The notes: generated by a model from the letters alone, not told the origin. A stretch of 64,000 bases of DNA from Candidatus Yanofskybacteria bacterium RIFCSPHIGHO2_01_FULL_44_22 (GCA_001794205.1 MGJJ01000019.1:1353-65352), one strand, 5' to 3'; positions 1 through 9,920 are shown, counted from the first letter of the stretch. Program-made: numbers and translations.

Positions 1-1247
1 CCAAATTTTTCAAAGGTCCGGGTTCGGAAACATTATTTGACCGTGCCCACAACATGTTTGTTGAAATTTTGGTAACGATGGGTTTGACGGGGTTTTTTGC
101 TTATATTTTGCTCTTTTTGGCAATGGCGCAAACATTGAAAAAAATAAAAAAATTGCCAAATTCTGCTGTTTATTCTATTGGTTTTATATCGCTTATGGTT
201 GTTTATGTCATTCACAATTCTTTTATTTTTGATACCTCGGGGAATTTTATTGTTTTTTTCGGCATTCTCGGTTTTGTTTCGGCCCTTCCATCGTTATTGG
301 AGCCGCCGGCCGGAAATAATAAACCGGCCGTTCAGCCCGCCGGACAGCGCGGTTTAGGTAGCCTGTATTCATTTTCTGCGGTTGTTTTATTTATTGCCGT
401 TTCGGCCTTAATTTATAAAACCAACATTTTGCCGGCCAAAGCGAATTATACGACCACGCGCGCCATTATTATCGGATGGAGCGGAGATTTTAACGGCGCC
501 GTCAAGAAATATCAGGAAGCTGTAGCTTACGATGTTCCCGGAAAATATGAAATCAGACACCGGTTCGGCCAATATCTTCTGGAACGGGGAGTAAGCGCGT
601 CGCCGGAAGCGCTCCAGATAGTCATTGATGCAATTCAAAAAAACGCCGACGAAAACCCGCTTGATTATCTGCCGCAGTTATATCTGGCGCGGCTGAATAT
701 TTTGCTTGGCCGAGACCAGCCCGATTCTCCGTATAACGACGAATCATTAAAGCATTCCACAAAAGCTCTGGAACTTTCTCCCACCTTTGTCAGAACTTAT
801 TATGAAGTCGCTCAAGCCCATCTGAATAAAAAAAACATAGCCAGGGCGGCAGAGTATTTTAAAAAGGCGGTTGATTTGAATCCGGATGTGGGCCTGTCGC
901 TTTGGTATTGGGGAATCGTGGAATACGACCTCGGCAACACCAAAATCGGTTTGGAAGCCATTGAGCAGGCCATTGATAAAGAATTTAACGTCGCCGAGTC
1001 CGACTATCTCCGCTTGATAGCCGTTTATTTGAGACAAAACGATTACAAAAAAATCATCTGGGCCCAGGAAAAGCTTGTTGCCTTAAAACCCAATAATGCT
1101 CAATATCATGCTTCCTTAGCGGCAGCTTATGTCAAAGTGGGCCGGATTGACGATGCCGTCAAGGAAGCCCGCGAAGCAGCCCGGCTGGATAAAATGTTTG
1201 AGGCCGAAGCCCGCAGTTTTATTCGAAGTTTAGGCAGGGAATTCTGA
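1..1247 (+). CDS. O-antigen ligase-like membrane protein with C-terminal TPR repeats (5' partial)
   Basis: Frame is open from the window start (KFFKGPGSETLFDRAHNMFVE); DRAHN...G..G is the WaaL/Wzy_C motif; TM helices followed by TPR-like repeats (AAEYFKKAVDLNP, LVALKPNNAQYHASLA). Confidence 0.8.
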   Translation, partial: KFFKGPGSETLFDRAHNMFVEILVTMGLTGFFAYILLFLAMAQTLKKIKKLPNSAVYSIGFISLMVVYVIHNSFIFDTSGNFIVFFGILGFVSALPSLLEPPAGNNKPAVQPAGQRGLGSLYSFSAVVLFIAVSALIYKTNILPAKANYTTTRAIIIGWSGDFNGAVKKYQEAVAYDVPGKYEIRHRFGQYLLERGVSASPEALQIVIDAIQKNADENPLDYLPQLYLARLNILLGRDQPDSPYNDESLKHSTKALELSPTFVRTYYEVAQAHLNKKNIARAAEYFKKAVDLNPDVGLSLWYWGIVEYDLGNTKIGLEAIEQAIDKEFNVAESDYLRLIAVYLRQNDYKKIIWAQEKLVALKPNNAQYHASLAAAYVKVGRIDDAVKEAREAARLDKMFEAEARSFIRSLGREF

Positions 1248-1291
1248 TTTCTTTGTTTTTCGGTACCCCAACAATTTAACGAAAGTGTTTT

Positions 1292-1433
1292 GAGAACCCT
1301 TGCCGCACGAAAAGACACCGGTCGGTTTCCCCGGCGGGAAAACCGCCGCTCGGCTCTCGGGCTCGCTCTCTCGCTTTGCTCGAACCGTGCCCGCTCGCCC
1401 TCCGAGACGCTTTTCTTGGCGGCAAGGGTTCTC
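1292..1433. mobile_element. MITE-like fold-back element with 15-bp perfect terminal inverted repeats
   Basis: GAGAACCCTTGCCGC (1292-1306) and GCGGCAAGGGTTCTC (1419-1433) are exact reverse complements; inner GAAAAG/CTTTTC and further hairpins; GC-rich, non-coding. Confidence 0.55.
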
Positions 1434-1574
1434 TGTCCTACCCCCATGTCGGACTTAGGGGGAAAAAGAGCGCGTTCTCCGCTACTTAGCCTTGATTGGT
1501 AATTGGCATTTGGTTGAGAAAAGTCAAAGGAAAAACGCCAAAAAGATTTAAATAAGATTTGTGAATTTTGTCCA

Positions 1575-1747
1575 AATTCCACTATTTTACCCTGCCCCGA
1601 CCCGTTTTGAGGAACGCCTCGGAACCAGTCCCAGCTTGGTTTCCGCCTTTTGGGCGGATGAGAGACGAGGCTGCGGCGAGCCGCCGGAACGAGCCGACAG
1701 CCGATTCCGAAAAGCGGGTTAGGGCGGGGGAAAAAATAATCGGAATT
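1575..1747 (+). repeat. GC-rich imperfect fold-back element
   Basis: AATTCC..TATTTTACCCTGCCCCGACCCGTTTT pairs with AAAGCGGGTTAGGGCGGGGGAAAAAATA..GGAATT using several G-T pairs. Confidence 0.5.
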
Positions 1748-1748
1748 C

Positions 1749-3074
1749 CTACTTCCCCGATTGCTGAAGAGCGATGCGGGCGGTTTTAAGGGCGATGCCC
1801 AAATCCAAAAACAACGAACGATTCTTGATGTAGTAAAGGTCGTATTGGAGTTTTTCGGCGGCATCCTTGACCGACGAGCCATAGCGGAAATTTATCTGGG
1901 CCCAGCCGGACAAGCCCGGCTTTATCAGATACCTCTCTTCATAAAAAGGAATTTCTTTTTTAAGGATTTCGTGGAATTCCGGCCTCTCGGCCCGGGGACC
2001 GACAAATGACATTTCCCCTTTGATTATATTCCAAAGCTGGGGCAGTTCATCGAGCCGCGTTTTTCTTAAAAATCCGCCGACCCGGGTGGCTCGCGGGTCG
2101 TTATCCGCCGCCCAAACAGCGCCGGTAAGTTGTTCCGCGTCTTGCCGCATGGTACGGAATTTCAGCATTTCAAACGTTTTGCCGATTTGCCCGATTCTTT
2201 TTTGTTTGTAAAAAACCGGACCCCTTGAATTAAGCTTGACGGCGAGAATTAAAAACGGATAAAAGACCAGAGAAATCGTTCCCAAAATTGCGGCAAAAAC
2301 CGCGTCCATAAATCTCTTGGCCGTTTCATATGCCATCTTGTTGCCCTCGCTTAAATTTTCCAAAAACCAAACTTGGTCAATTGCTCCGAGAGGCACCCTT
2401 CCGGTAAGCCGCTCGTAAAAAGACGCCAAACTATAAAATGTTATTTTCTGCCCCAGGGATTTGTAAAAGATATTTATTATTTCCGGTGATTGATACGCTT
2501 CCGGCCCGATGACCACCGTATTGATTTTATCCTGCAAAATCAGCCGTTCCAATTCGCCGGTTCTTATTTTTTCCACATCCACAACCTGTTTTAAATCGTA
2601 TCCAAGCTGGGGGTTGTCTTTGATAAATTGAGCCAGCTCGGAGGTCTGTTGGTTGTCGCTTGCAATCAGGGTCGGCCTTTTAAACTTTTTTTCGGCAATC
2701 CCGTTAAAAAGGCGGCGGTTGCCCAATTCCAATAAAGTGAAAATCGCAATGAGGAGAACCAGATTTGTTTTGGGGGTTATTCCAAGAAAAGGAATCAGGT
2801 AGAAAAAAAACACCGAAATGCTTCCGGCAATGGTTATGGAGCGAAAAAAAACCGAATAAAATTGGGCGTTATTGCGGAAATGCCTCGGTTCGTAGAGGCC
2901 GGCTATATAAAATACCAGAAGCCAGACGGTAAAAATTATACTGAAAGAGACCAAATGAAGATTCAGCCAATAACCGAACTTTTCATCATAGTCGCGATAT
3001 CTTATCGCCAAAGTAACAAGAAGAGCGGCATAAAAAACTATAATATCTAAAATAAAAAGAGTAATTTTGCGCAT
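1749..3074 (-). CDS. Polyprenyl-phosphate sugar-1-phosphate transferase (WcaJ/WbaP family)
   Basis: N-terminal TM helices; KRFMD, KFRTM, RLDELPQLWNIIKGEMSFVGPR, KPGLSGWAQ and YDLYY motifs. Confidence 0.92.
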   Translation of the reverse strand: MRKITLFILDIIVFYAALLVTLAIRYRDYDEKFGYWLNLHLVSFSIIFTVWLLVFYIAGLYEPRHFRNNAQFYSVFFRSITIAGSISVFFFYLIPFLGITPKTNLVLLIAIFTLLELGNRRLFNGIAEKKFKRPTLIASDNQQTSELAQFIKDNPQLGYDLKQVVDVEKIRTGELERLILQDKINTVVIGPEAYQSPEIINIFYKSLGQKITFYSLASFYERLTGRVPLGAIDQVWFLENLSEGNKMAYETAKRFMDAVFAAILGTISLVFYPFLILAVKLNSRGPVFYKQKRIGQIGKTFEMLKFRTMRQDAEQLTGAVWAADNDPRATRVGGFLRKTRLDELPQLWNIIKGEMSFVGPRAERPEFHEILKKEIPFYEERYLIKPGLSGWAQINFRYGSSVKDAAEKLQYDLYYIKNRSLFLDLGIALKTARIALQQSGK

Positions 3075-3193
3075 TTATTTAATTGTGCATTATTCGTGAA
3101 TAATTGTCAAATGTTGACTTTTGTGTTGTAAAATTATAAACTGGCGCTACTTACCATCATAATATATTATTATTTATCAGTCATAAACTAAAA

Positions 3194-4186
3194 ATGACCG
3201 AGAAAACAAATAAAATCAAAATTGGCATAATTGGCTTGGGAATGGTCGGTGAACCTTTGCGAAAATGGTTTGAGGAAATTAACGGCTGTAAAAGAGGCAG
3301 AGACTTGTTTTGTTATGATATAGCCCCCCAAAAAGGTTATTTTGACGATGTAAACAGGGCCGATGTTATTTTTGTAGCCGTACCGACGCCCTCAAACCTG
3401 GACGGAAGCTGTAATTTGTCTTTTGTTAAAAACGCAGTCGGGAAAATTAAAAACGGAAAAATTGTGGTGATAAAATCAACTGTTGCTCCCGGCACGGTGG
3501 AAGAACTTCAAAAAAAATATCCCCAAAAGAGGTTCATTTTTAATCCCGAATTTTTGACCGAAACCCAGGCGTGGGAAGATTTTATTTCTCCCGACCGGCA
3601 AATTATCGGCTCTACGGCAAAAAGCGCGACTGACTCCGTTGAAATTTTAAATCTTTTGCCGAAGAAAAATTTTATCCGGCCGTGGACCTCCGATTATGTG
3701 AAAAAATCAGTCAACGCCACCGAAGCGGAATTGGGCAAGTACGCTTCCAATGTGTTTGGATTTATTAAAGTTATCTACGGCAATATTTTGGCCGATACCT
3801 GTTATGCGGTAAATCAAAAATATAAAAAGGAAAAAATAAATTCAGAAGTCCGATACGATAATTTAAAAGAACTTATCGGCGCCGATTTGCGTATCGGTCC
3901 GGCTTGGCTTGATGTGGAACACGGCAATTATTGCGGGGCCGGCGGTTATTGTTTTCCCAAAGACATGAATGCTTTTATTTCTTTTGCCGGCGAACTTGCC
4001 GAAAAGCTGGAAAAGAGAAAGTTCGATAAAGAATTTCTCAAAGTTTTTAAAAAGGGGATTGCCGTTTTGCAAACGATACGCGATTACAACAAAGAATTGT
4101 TAAAACATCAGGGTTTGACCGCGGAAGAAGTTTCAAGGCACAATAAGGAAATAATCACGGAAAAAAGAAAAAAGATACGAATATGA
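3194..4186 (+). CDS. UDP-glucose/GDP-mannose dehydrogenase family protein (short form)
   Basis: GxGxxG (GLGMVG), VPTP, IKSTVAPG, FNPEFL and catalytic GGYCFPKD; appears to lack the C-terminal UDP-binding domain. Confidence 0.88.
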   Translation: MTEKTNKIKIGIIGLGMVGEPLRKWFEEINGCKRGRDLFCYDIAPQKGYFDDVNRADVIFVAVPTPSNLDGSCNLSFVKNAVGKIKNGKIVVIKSTVAPGTVEELQKKYPQKRFIFNPEFLTETQAWEDFISPDRQIIGSTAKSATDSVEILNLLPKKNFIRPWTSDYVKKSVNATEAELGKYASNVFGFIKVIYGNILADTCYAVNQKYKKEKINSEVRYDNLKELIGADLRIGPAWLDVEHGNYCGAGGYCFPKDMNAFISFAGELAEKLEKRKFDKEFLKVFKKGIAVLQTIRDYNKELLKHQGLTAEEVSRHNKEIITEKRKKIRI

Positions 4187-5085
4187 AAATCGTAGTTACC
4201 GGCGGAGCGGGGTTTATCGGTTCTCATCTCGTAGATGCTCTCGTTGAGCGAGGGTTTAAGGTTCATGTAATTGACAATCTTTCCGGCGGGAAAAAAGAAA
4301 ATGTGAACAAGAAAGCCGTTCTCCATATCGCCGACATCCGCAATCTCAAAGAAATTAAACCTATCATCAGGGGCGCCGATTATGTTTTTCATCTTGCCGC
4401 CTTGCCGCGCGTTCAATATTCCATAGAAAATCCAGAAGAAACCCACGATGTAAATGTCAGCGGCACATTGAACGTTCTTTTGGCGGCTAAGGACGGCGGT
4501 GTCAAAAGAGTTATTTATTCCGCTTCAAGTTCGGCTTACGGCGACCAAAAAAGAATGCCCTTACTTGAAAATATGCCCGCCGCTCCTAAAAGTCCCTACG
4601 GTCTCCAAAAATATATCGGAGAATTATATTGCAGGCTTTTTTCGGAGGTTTACGGCCTGCCAACCGTTTCTTTGCGCTATTTCAATGTTTACGGTCCGAG
4701 ATTCAATCCCGAAGGGCCGTATGCTTTGGTAATCGGCAAGTTTATCCTCCAGCGCAAATTGGGCCAGCCGTTAACGATTACGGGCGACGGCAAACAGACC
4801 CGCGATTTTACTCATGTTTCCGATGTGGTGCTGGCGAATCTGTTGGCGATGGAAAGTAAAAAAGTCGGCCATGGTGAAGTGATGAATATAGGCGCTGGAA
4901 GCAACACCACAATCAACAAGTTGGCAAAATTAATCGGCGGTCAAAGTAAGCACATTGCGTTCCGCCTTGAACCCAAAAATACTCTTGCCGGCACCTCGTT
5001 GGCTTTTAAATTGTTGGGGTGGAAACCGCAAATTAAAACCGAAAACGGCATAAAACAACTTCTTCGCGAAGAGGGCCTGATATGA
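4183..5085 (+). CDS. NAD-dependent epimerase/dehydratase
   Basis: TGGAGFIGSH, YxxxK (YGLQK), RYFNVYGP, GDGKQTRDF. Confidence 0.93.
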   Translation: MKIVVTGGAGFIGSHLVDALVERGFKVHVIDNLSGGKKENVNKKAVLHIADIRNLKEIKPIIRGADYVFHLAALPRVQYSIENPEETHDVNVSGTLNVLLAAKDGGVKRVIYSASSSAYGDQKRMPLLENMPAAPKSPYGLQKYIGELYCRLFSEVYGLPTVSLRYFNVYGPRFNPEGPYALVIGKFILQRKLGQPLTITGDGKQTRDFTHVSDVVLANLLAMESKKVGHGEVMNIGAGSNTTINKLAKLIGGQSKHIAFRLEPKNTLAGTSLAFKLLGWKPQIKTENGIKQLLREEGLI

Positions 5086-5098
5086 TATAATGGTCTGA

Positions 5099-6790
5099 AT
5101 GTTGTTGCGTCACAAAAAAATCAGAATATTTATCGGAGCGGCAATATTTTTGGCGGCTCTTTTTTTGTCGGCAAACATTCAAGTTTTGCCTGCGCAGGCG
5201 GGCGATATTCTCGGCCAAAATAAGAATTTTTTCGTGAACTCCGAATACGACAAATTCAATCGGACGCAAATTTCAGCCACATTGGCGGCCGTTTCGGAAC
5301 AAGCCTATTTTTTCATCGAGGATATTTATTGGAATGGTTTAAGTTTTGAGCGAAAAGAGGCCCTGATTTCCAACATTGCCCCTCTTGCCGGCGCGTTTGA
5401 TAATGACATTTATCCAAAAGAAAGGGAATTTTGGGGGTCGGAACCGAACCCAGGGGTGGATGGCGACTCCAAAATTACGATTGTCGTGGAACAATTGGTA
5501 AGCGGCAACGGTGGGTATTTTGATACTCTGAACGGTTATGACGCCCCCGAATCCAACAAAAGAGAAATGTTCTTCGTGAGCGCCGCCGCCGTGCAGGATA
5601 ACCTCCGAAACGCCAAAATATTTTTGGCCCACGAATTTCAGCATCTTGTTTCTTTTAACCAGAAAGATATTATGCGGAATATTTCCGAGGATGTGTGGCT
5701 GAACGAATTGCGCTCGGAATATTCAGTCACCATAGCGGGTTTTAATGAGCCTTATGCCGGTTCCGGTCTTGAAAGACGAGCTGAACTTTTCATGTCGCAG
5801 CCGTCAGACAGCCTGACGGAATGGCCCAACTCTTCGCTTGATTATGCCCAAGCGGCTTTGTTCGGAGAATATCTGGTGGAGCAATATGGGTCGGAAATAT
5901 TAAAAGATACTTTGCGCAGTTCCGCTGCGGGCATTGTTTCCATCAATCAGTTTTTGGCGGATAAAAATTATAAAGAACGGTTTGGCGACGTGTTCGGTAA
6001 TTGGGCAATTGCCAATTATTTGAACAGCGCCTCGGTCGATAAAAAATACGCCTACACCTTATCGGGTCTTCAAAGAGTAAAAGTAAATCCGGCCAGCAAC
6101 GTTTATTTGTCGGGCGCTTCGTATAATTTTTATGAAACCTTAAAGCCTTGGCAGGCGAACTGGCATAAATTCAACGTTGCCTCGTCGATTATGGATTCTA
6201 AAGCAATCAAAATTGATTTTGCCGCCGGTGCGCCGTTTAAGTTTTATTATGTCGATAATTTGGGACGGACGGGCGCCTTGGCTAATCCGGCTTATATTGA
6301 CGACCCCGGCGGACTGGCTGATTTTACGCTTATTCCCGTCAACCAAAGCAAAACATCTGACTTTAGTAAAAATGAACAAGCGGCGCCGATTACTTTCAGT
6401 ATTAATTTTGTGGAAAGCGGTTTGGGCCGTCGGCTGTCGATTATTGAGAACGGCTCTCTGATTAAAAAACCGAGAGAGGGTGAATTGTATGTGATTGAAG
6501 GAAAATATAAAAGATACTTAAGCGCCGGTGCGCTTGCATCATACGGCCATCTTGACCCGACCAAGGCTATCGAGGTTGACGAAGGAACGCTCAATTCTTA
6601 CACAACCGCGAATTATGTTCGCGCGCTGAACGACAAAAAAGTTTATGCGGTGTGGCCCGACGGGACTAAACACTGGCTTAACATGAGCGGCGAATATTTT
6701 ACTCAATCCGGCCGCGATTGGGGCTCCATTTTTACGATTAACGACGCCGAATTTCAGTTTTACAAAACCGGCCCGGATATTGTAAAATGA
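5099..6790 (+). CDS. Secreted zinc metallopeptidase-like protein (HEXXH) with C-terminal repeat domains
   Basis: Signal peptide; AHEFQHL followed by WLNE (gluzincin-type); C-terminal repeats LYVIEGKYKRY / VYAVWPDGTKHW. Confidence 0.7.
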   Translation: MLLRHKKIRIFIGAAIFLAALFLSANIQVLPAQAGDILGQNKNFFVNSEYDKFNRTQISATLAAVSEQAYFFIEDIYWNGLSFERKEALISNIAPLAGAFDNDIYPKEREFWGSEPNPGVDGDSKITIVVEQLVSGNGGYFDTLNGYDAPESNKREMFFVSAAAVQDNLRNAKIFLAHEFQHLVSFNQKDIMRNISEDVWLNELRSEYSVTIAGFNEPYAGSGLERRAELFMSQPSDSLTEWPNSSLDYAQAALFGEYLVEQYGSEILKDTLRSSAAGIVSINQFLADKNYKERFGDVFGNWAIANYLNSASVDKKYAYTLSGLQRVKVNPASNVYLSGASYNFYETLKPWQANWHKFNVASSIMDSKAIKIDFAAGAPFKFYYVDNLGRTGALANPAYIDDPGGLADFTLIPVNQSKTSDFSKNEQAAPITFSINFVESGLGRRLSIIENGSLIKKPREGELYVIEGKYKRYLSAGALASYGHLDPTKAIEVDEGTLNSYTTANYVRALNDKKVYAVWPDGTKHWLNMSGEYFTQSGRDWGSIFTINDAEFQFYKTGPDIVK

Positions 6791-6797
6791 TTACACT

Positions 6798-7124
6798 ATG
6801 CGATTAATTATTTCTGCCAAAAACATTGCTTTGGACGATGCCCTAAATGTGTTTATTCGTGAAAAAATAGGGAATTTGGATAAGGTAATCGGAAATGACA
6901 AATCCGAGGCCAAGGTTGAAATAGGCAAACCGTCCCGCCATCATCGCAGCGGGCCGGTGTTTTACGCCGAAGTGAATCTGCGACTTGGCGGCAATCTTCT
7001 GCGCGCCTCCTGCTCACATGAAGATTTGCGCAACGCCATTGTCGACGTGAAAGACGAGCTTCAGGCGCAGATAAAGAAATTTAAAGAAAAAAGAAAAGAT
7101 GCAGCCAGACAGCCTAAGAAATAA
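6798..7124 (+). CDS. hpf: Ribosome hibernation factor (HPF/RaiA)
   Basis: KNIALDDALNVFIREKIG...FYAEVNL...EDLRNAIV; lies directly upstream of secA as in many bacteria. Confidence 0.88.
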   Translation: MRLIISAKNIALDDALNVFIREKIGNLDKVIGNDKSEAKVEIGKPSRHHRSGPVFYAEVNLRLGGNLLRASCSHEDLRNAIVDVKDELQAQIKKFKEKRKDAARQPKK

Positions 7125-7126
7125 TT

Positions 7127-7150
7127 GCGAGGGGCTTGCCCCTCGTTTTT
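7127..7150 (+). terminator. GC hairpin with U-tract between hpf and secA
   Basis: GCGAGGGGC-TT-GCCCCTCGTTTTT. Confidence 0.5.
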
Positions 7151-7154
7151 ACTT

Positions 7155-9920
7155 ATGAATTTTCTAAGCAAAATATTTGGAGACGCCAATGAGAGATATA
7201 TCAAATCGCTTCAGCCGATTGTCGTTCGAATAAACGGACTTGAGAAAGATTTTGAAAAACTTTCCGGCGAAGAACTAAAAAATAAAACGGCGGAATTTCG
7301 CAAACAATTAGCGGACGGCAAAACTCTTGACGCTCTCTTGCCCGAAGCGTTTGCGGCCGTCCGCGAGGCGTCAAAGCGTACGCTGAATCAGCGCCATTTT
7401 GACGTCCAACTGTTCGGCGGAATCGTCCTGCATCAAGGCAAAATTGCCGAAATGAAAACCGGCGAAGGCAAAACCCTTGTGGCGACGCTCCCGGCTTACC
7501 TGAATGCTATTACCGGCAAGGGTGTCCATATTGTTACAGTGAACGATTATCTTTCTCGTCGCGACGCCGTTTGGATGGGTCAGATTTACCACGCTCTCGG
7601 TTTGTCGGTGGGTTGTATCAACCACGATTCCAGTTTTTTATACGACCCCCGGCACAGCGAGAAAATACATGAATTGGAAAATAATAAATCCGACGCGCCT
7701 GTTCCAAGCCCCGAATCGGAAGAAGCGCTGTTGGACAAAGAAAGAGATTTGGCCGGCTCCTTTCACGTCGTTCACGAATTTTTAAGACCGGCAACGAGGA
7801 GAGACGCTTATGAGGCAGACATTACTTATGGCACCAACAACGAATACGGTTTTGATTATTTAAGGGACAATATGGCCTATGAATTGGCGGGCATAAGTCA
7901 ATCAAAGGGCCACCATTTTGCCATCGTTGACGAAGTTGATTCCATCCTTATTGACGAGGCTCGCACGCCCTTGATTATTTCGGCGCCGGACACGGAATCA
8001 ACCAAAATGTACGAGACATTTGCCAAAGTTGTGCCGAGATTGGTTGAAAATGACGATTATAATATTGATGAAAAATTAAAAGCTGTCTCAATTACCGAAA
8101 ACGGGATTGAAAAAGTGGAAAAAATGCTTGGCTTGAAAAATATTTACGAAGAAGGAGGCGTCAGAAACGTCCATCATTTGGAGCAAGCTCTAAAGGCGGA
8201 AATTTTATTCAAACGCGACAGGGATTACGTCGTAAAAGATGGAGAGGTGGTTATTGTGGATGAGTTTACCGGCCGGTTGATGCCCGGCCGGCGCTGGTCG
8301 GAAGGCCTTCATCAGGCGGTTGAAGCCAAAGAGGGGGTAAAAATAGAAAGAGAATCCCGCACTCTTGCCACCATTACTTTTCAGAATTATTTCCGCTTGT
8401 ACGATAAATTGGCGGGCATGACCGGAACCGCCCGGACTTCGGCCGAAGAGTTTCACAAAGTTTATAATCTCGGCGTGGTGGAAGTTCCCACGAATAAATT
8501 GATGATAAGAAAAAACGCGCCCGACAGGATTTATAAAACCGAGACCGGAAAATTTCGCGCCATTGTCAGGGAAATAAAAGAACGGCACGAAAAAGGCCAA
8601 CCGGTTCTTGTCGGCACCGTGTCAATAGAGAAAAACGAATTGCTTTCAGCTCTTTTGGGCCGTGAGGGGGTTCCTCATAATATTTTAAACGCGAAAAACC
8701 ACGAGAAAGAAGCTGAATTTATCGCCCAAGCCGGAAGATTATATTCGGTAACGGTGGCGACTAACATGGCCGGCCGGGGCGTGGATATAATTCTTGGAGG
8801 CACTCCTCCTGATGCTGGCGAGGCCAAAAAGGTTCGTGAAGCCGGAGGTCTGCATGTCATCGGCACCGAACGCCACGAGGCCAGGCGGATAGACGACCAG
8901 TTGCGCGGACGCGCCGGCCGGCAGGGCGACCCGGGTTCGTCCCAGTTTTTCATTTCAACCGAAGATGATTTGGCAAGAATATTCGGCGGAGACCGTTTGA
9001 AAAGAATTATGGAAACCTTGGGGGTAGGCGAGGACGATGTTATAGAAAACAGATTTGTTTCCAATGCCATTGGTCAGGCCCAGTCGCGGATTGAAGGCCA
9101 CAATTTTGATATTCGCAAATATGTCTTGGAATACGACGATGTAATGAACAAGCATCGCGAGGCGATTTACCGTCTGCGCAAAGATGTTTTATCGTCGGTG
9201 GGCAATAAAGAAAAAATATTGGAATATTTGGATAAACAGATTGAAAATATAGTAAATTTCCACACCCAAGGACAGGAGTATCAGTGGAACGTGGAAGAAA
9301 TCGCTGAATCGGTTAAAGCGCTGTCTGGTCTTGAATTGCATTCCGAACTTGTTGAAATCGCGAAAACCGGCAGTTCGGAAAAAGTGGGCGAATATCTCAA
9401 AACTCAAATTTCAAAACTTTATGAAGCAAAAGAGAAAGAACTTAACGCGGAAAATATGCGTCCCGAACGAAGCCGCGAGGGCACGCAGCGTGCTTCTGCT
9501 TCGTACGGGATGCGTCAGCTTGAGAAACTAGTTTTATTGAGAACGATTGACGAGTTGTGGATGGACCACATTGACGCGATGGAATATATGCGCGACTCGG
9601 TGCGTTTGAGGGCTTATGGCCAGAGGGACCCGCTGGTTGAATATAAAACAGAAGGCCACAAGATGTTTCAGCAATTAACCGGCGCGATTGAAGCGGAAGT
9701 GGCGAATTTGATATTCAAAGTCGGATTTTTTAATAAGCCCAAACAGGTAAAAACAGAAGAAGGCCGTCCAAATATAATTTCCGGCGAAGAAAACATGATT
9801 GAACAAGAATCCAGATTAAACTTAGACCAGCAACCGGTAGAAACTGAATCTAAAATCGGCAGAAATGAACTTTGTCCCTGTGGGTCGGGGAAGAAATATA
9901 AAAGGTGTCATGGGAAGTGA
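7155..9920 (+). CDS. secA: Protein translocase ATPase SecA
   Basis: EMKTGEGKT, DEVDSILIDEARTPLIIS, ATNMAGRG, QLRGRAGRQGDPG, C-terminal CPCGSGKKYKRCH; ATG 7155 chosen. Confidence 0.98.
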   Translation: MNFLSKIFGDANERYIKSLQPIVVRINGLEKDFEKLSGEELKNKTAEFRKQLADGKTLDALLPEAFAAVREASKRTLNQRHFDVQLFGGIVLHQGKIAEMKTGEGKTLVATLPAYLNAITGKGVHIVTVNDYLSRRDAVWMGQIYHALGLSVGCINHDSSFLYDPRHSEKIHELENNKSDAPVPSPESEEALLDKERDLAGSFHVVHEFLRPATRRDAYEADITYGTNNEYGFDYLRDNMAYELAGISQSKGHHFAIVDEVDSILIDEARTPLIISAPDTESTKMYETFAKVVPRLVENDDYNIDEKLKAVSITENGIEKVEKMLGLKNIYEEGGVRNVHHLEQALKAEILFKRDRDYVVKDGEVVIVDEFTGRLMPGRRWSEGLHQAVEAKEGVKIERESRTLATITFQNYFRLYDKLAGMTGTARTSAEEFHKVYNLGVVEVPTNKLMIRKNAPDRIYKTETGKFRAIVREIKERHEKGQPVLVGTVSIEKNELLSALLGREGVPHNILNAKNHEKEAEFIAQAGRLYSVTVATNMAGRGVDIILGGTPPDAGEAKKVREAGGLHVIGTERHEARRIDDQLRGRAGRQGDPGSSQFFISTEDDLARIFGGDRLKRIMETLGVGEDDVIENRFVSNAIGQAQSRIEGHNFDIRKYVLEYDDVMNKHREAIYRLRKDVLSSVGNKEKILEYLDKQIENIVNFHTQGQEYQWNVEEIAESVKALSGLELHSELVEIAKTGSSEKVGEYLKTQISKLYEAKEKELNAENMRPERSREGTQRASASYGMRQLEKLVLLRTIDELWMDHIDAMEYMRDSVRLRAYGQRDPLVEYKTEGHKMFQQLTGAIEAEVANLIFKVGFFNKPKQVKTEEGRPNIISGEENMIEQESRLNLDQQPVETESKIGRNELCPCGSGKKYKRCHGK
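9456..9515 (+). mobile_element. 48-bp hairpin mini-element with 6-bp target duplication, in frame within secA
   Basis: ATGCGT-[CCCGAACGAAG...CTTCGTACGGG, 9462-9509]-ATGCGT; adds 18 codons; near-identical copy at 27385-27432. Confidence 0.85.

Noticed and set aside
1127-1882. ORFs 1127-1882(-), 1290-1502(+) and 1568-1789(+)
   Set aside because: They are Arg/Ser/Pro-rich translations of GC-rich fold-back DNA that overlap real genes and have no recognisable motifs.
9499-9509. Shared TTCGTACG between the 48-bp element and the PaaX-flanking palindromes as proof of a common mobiliser
   Set aside because: Only an 8-nt match with a different architecture, which is insufficient without genome-wide statistics.
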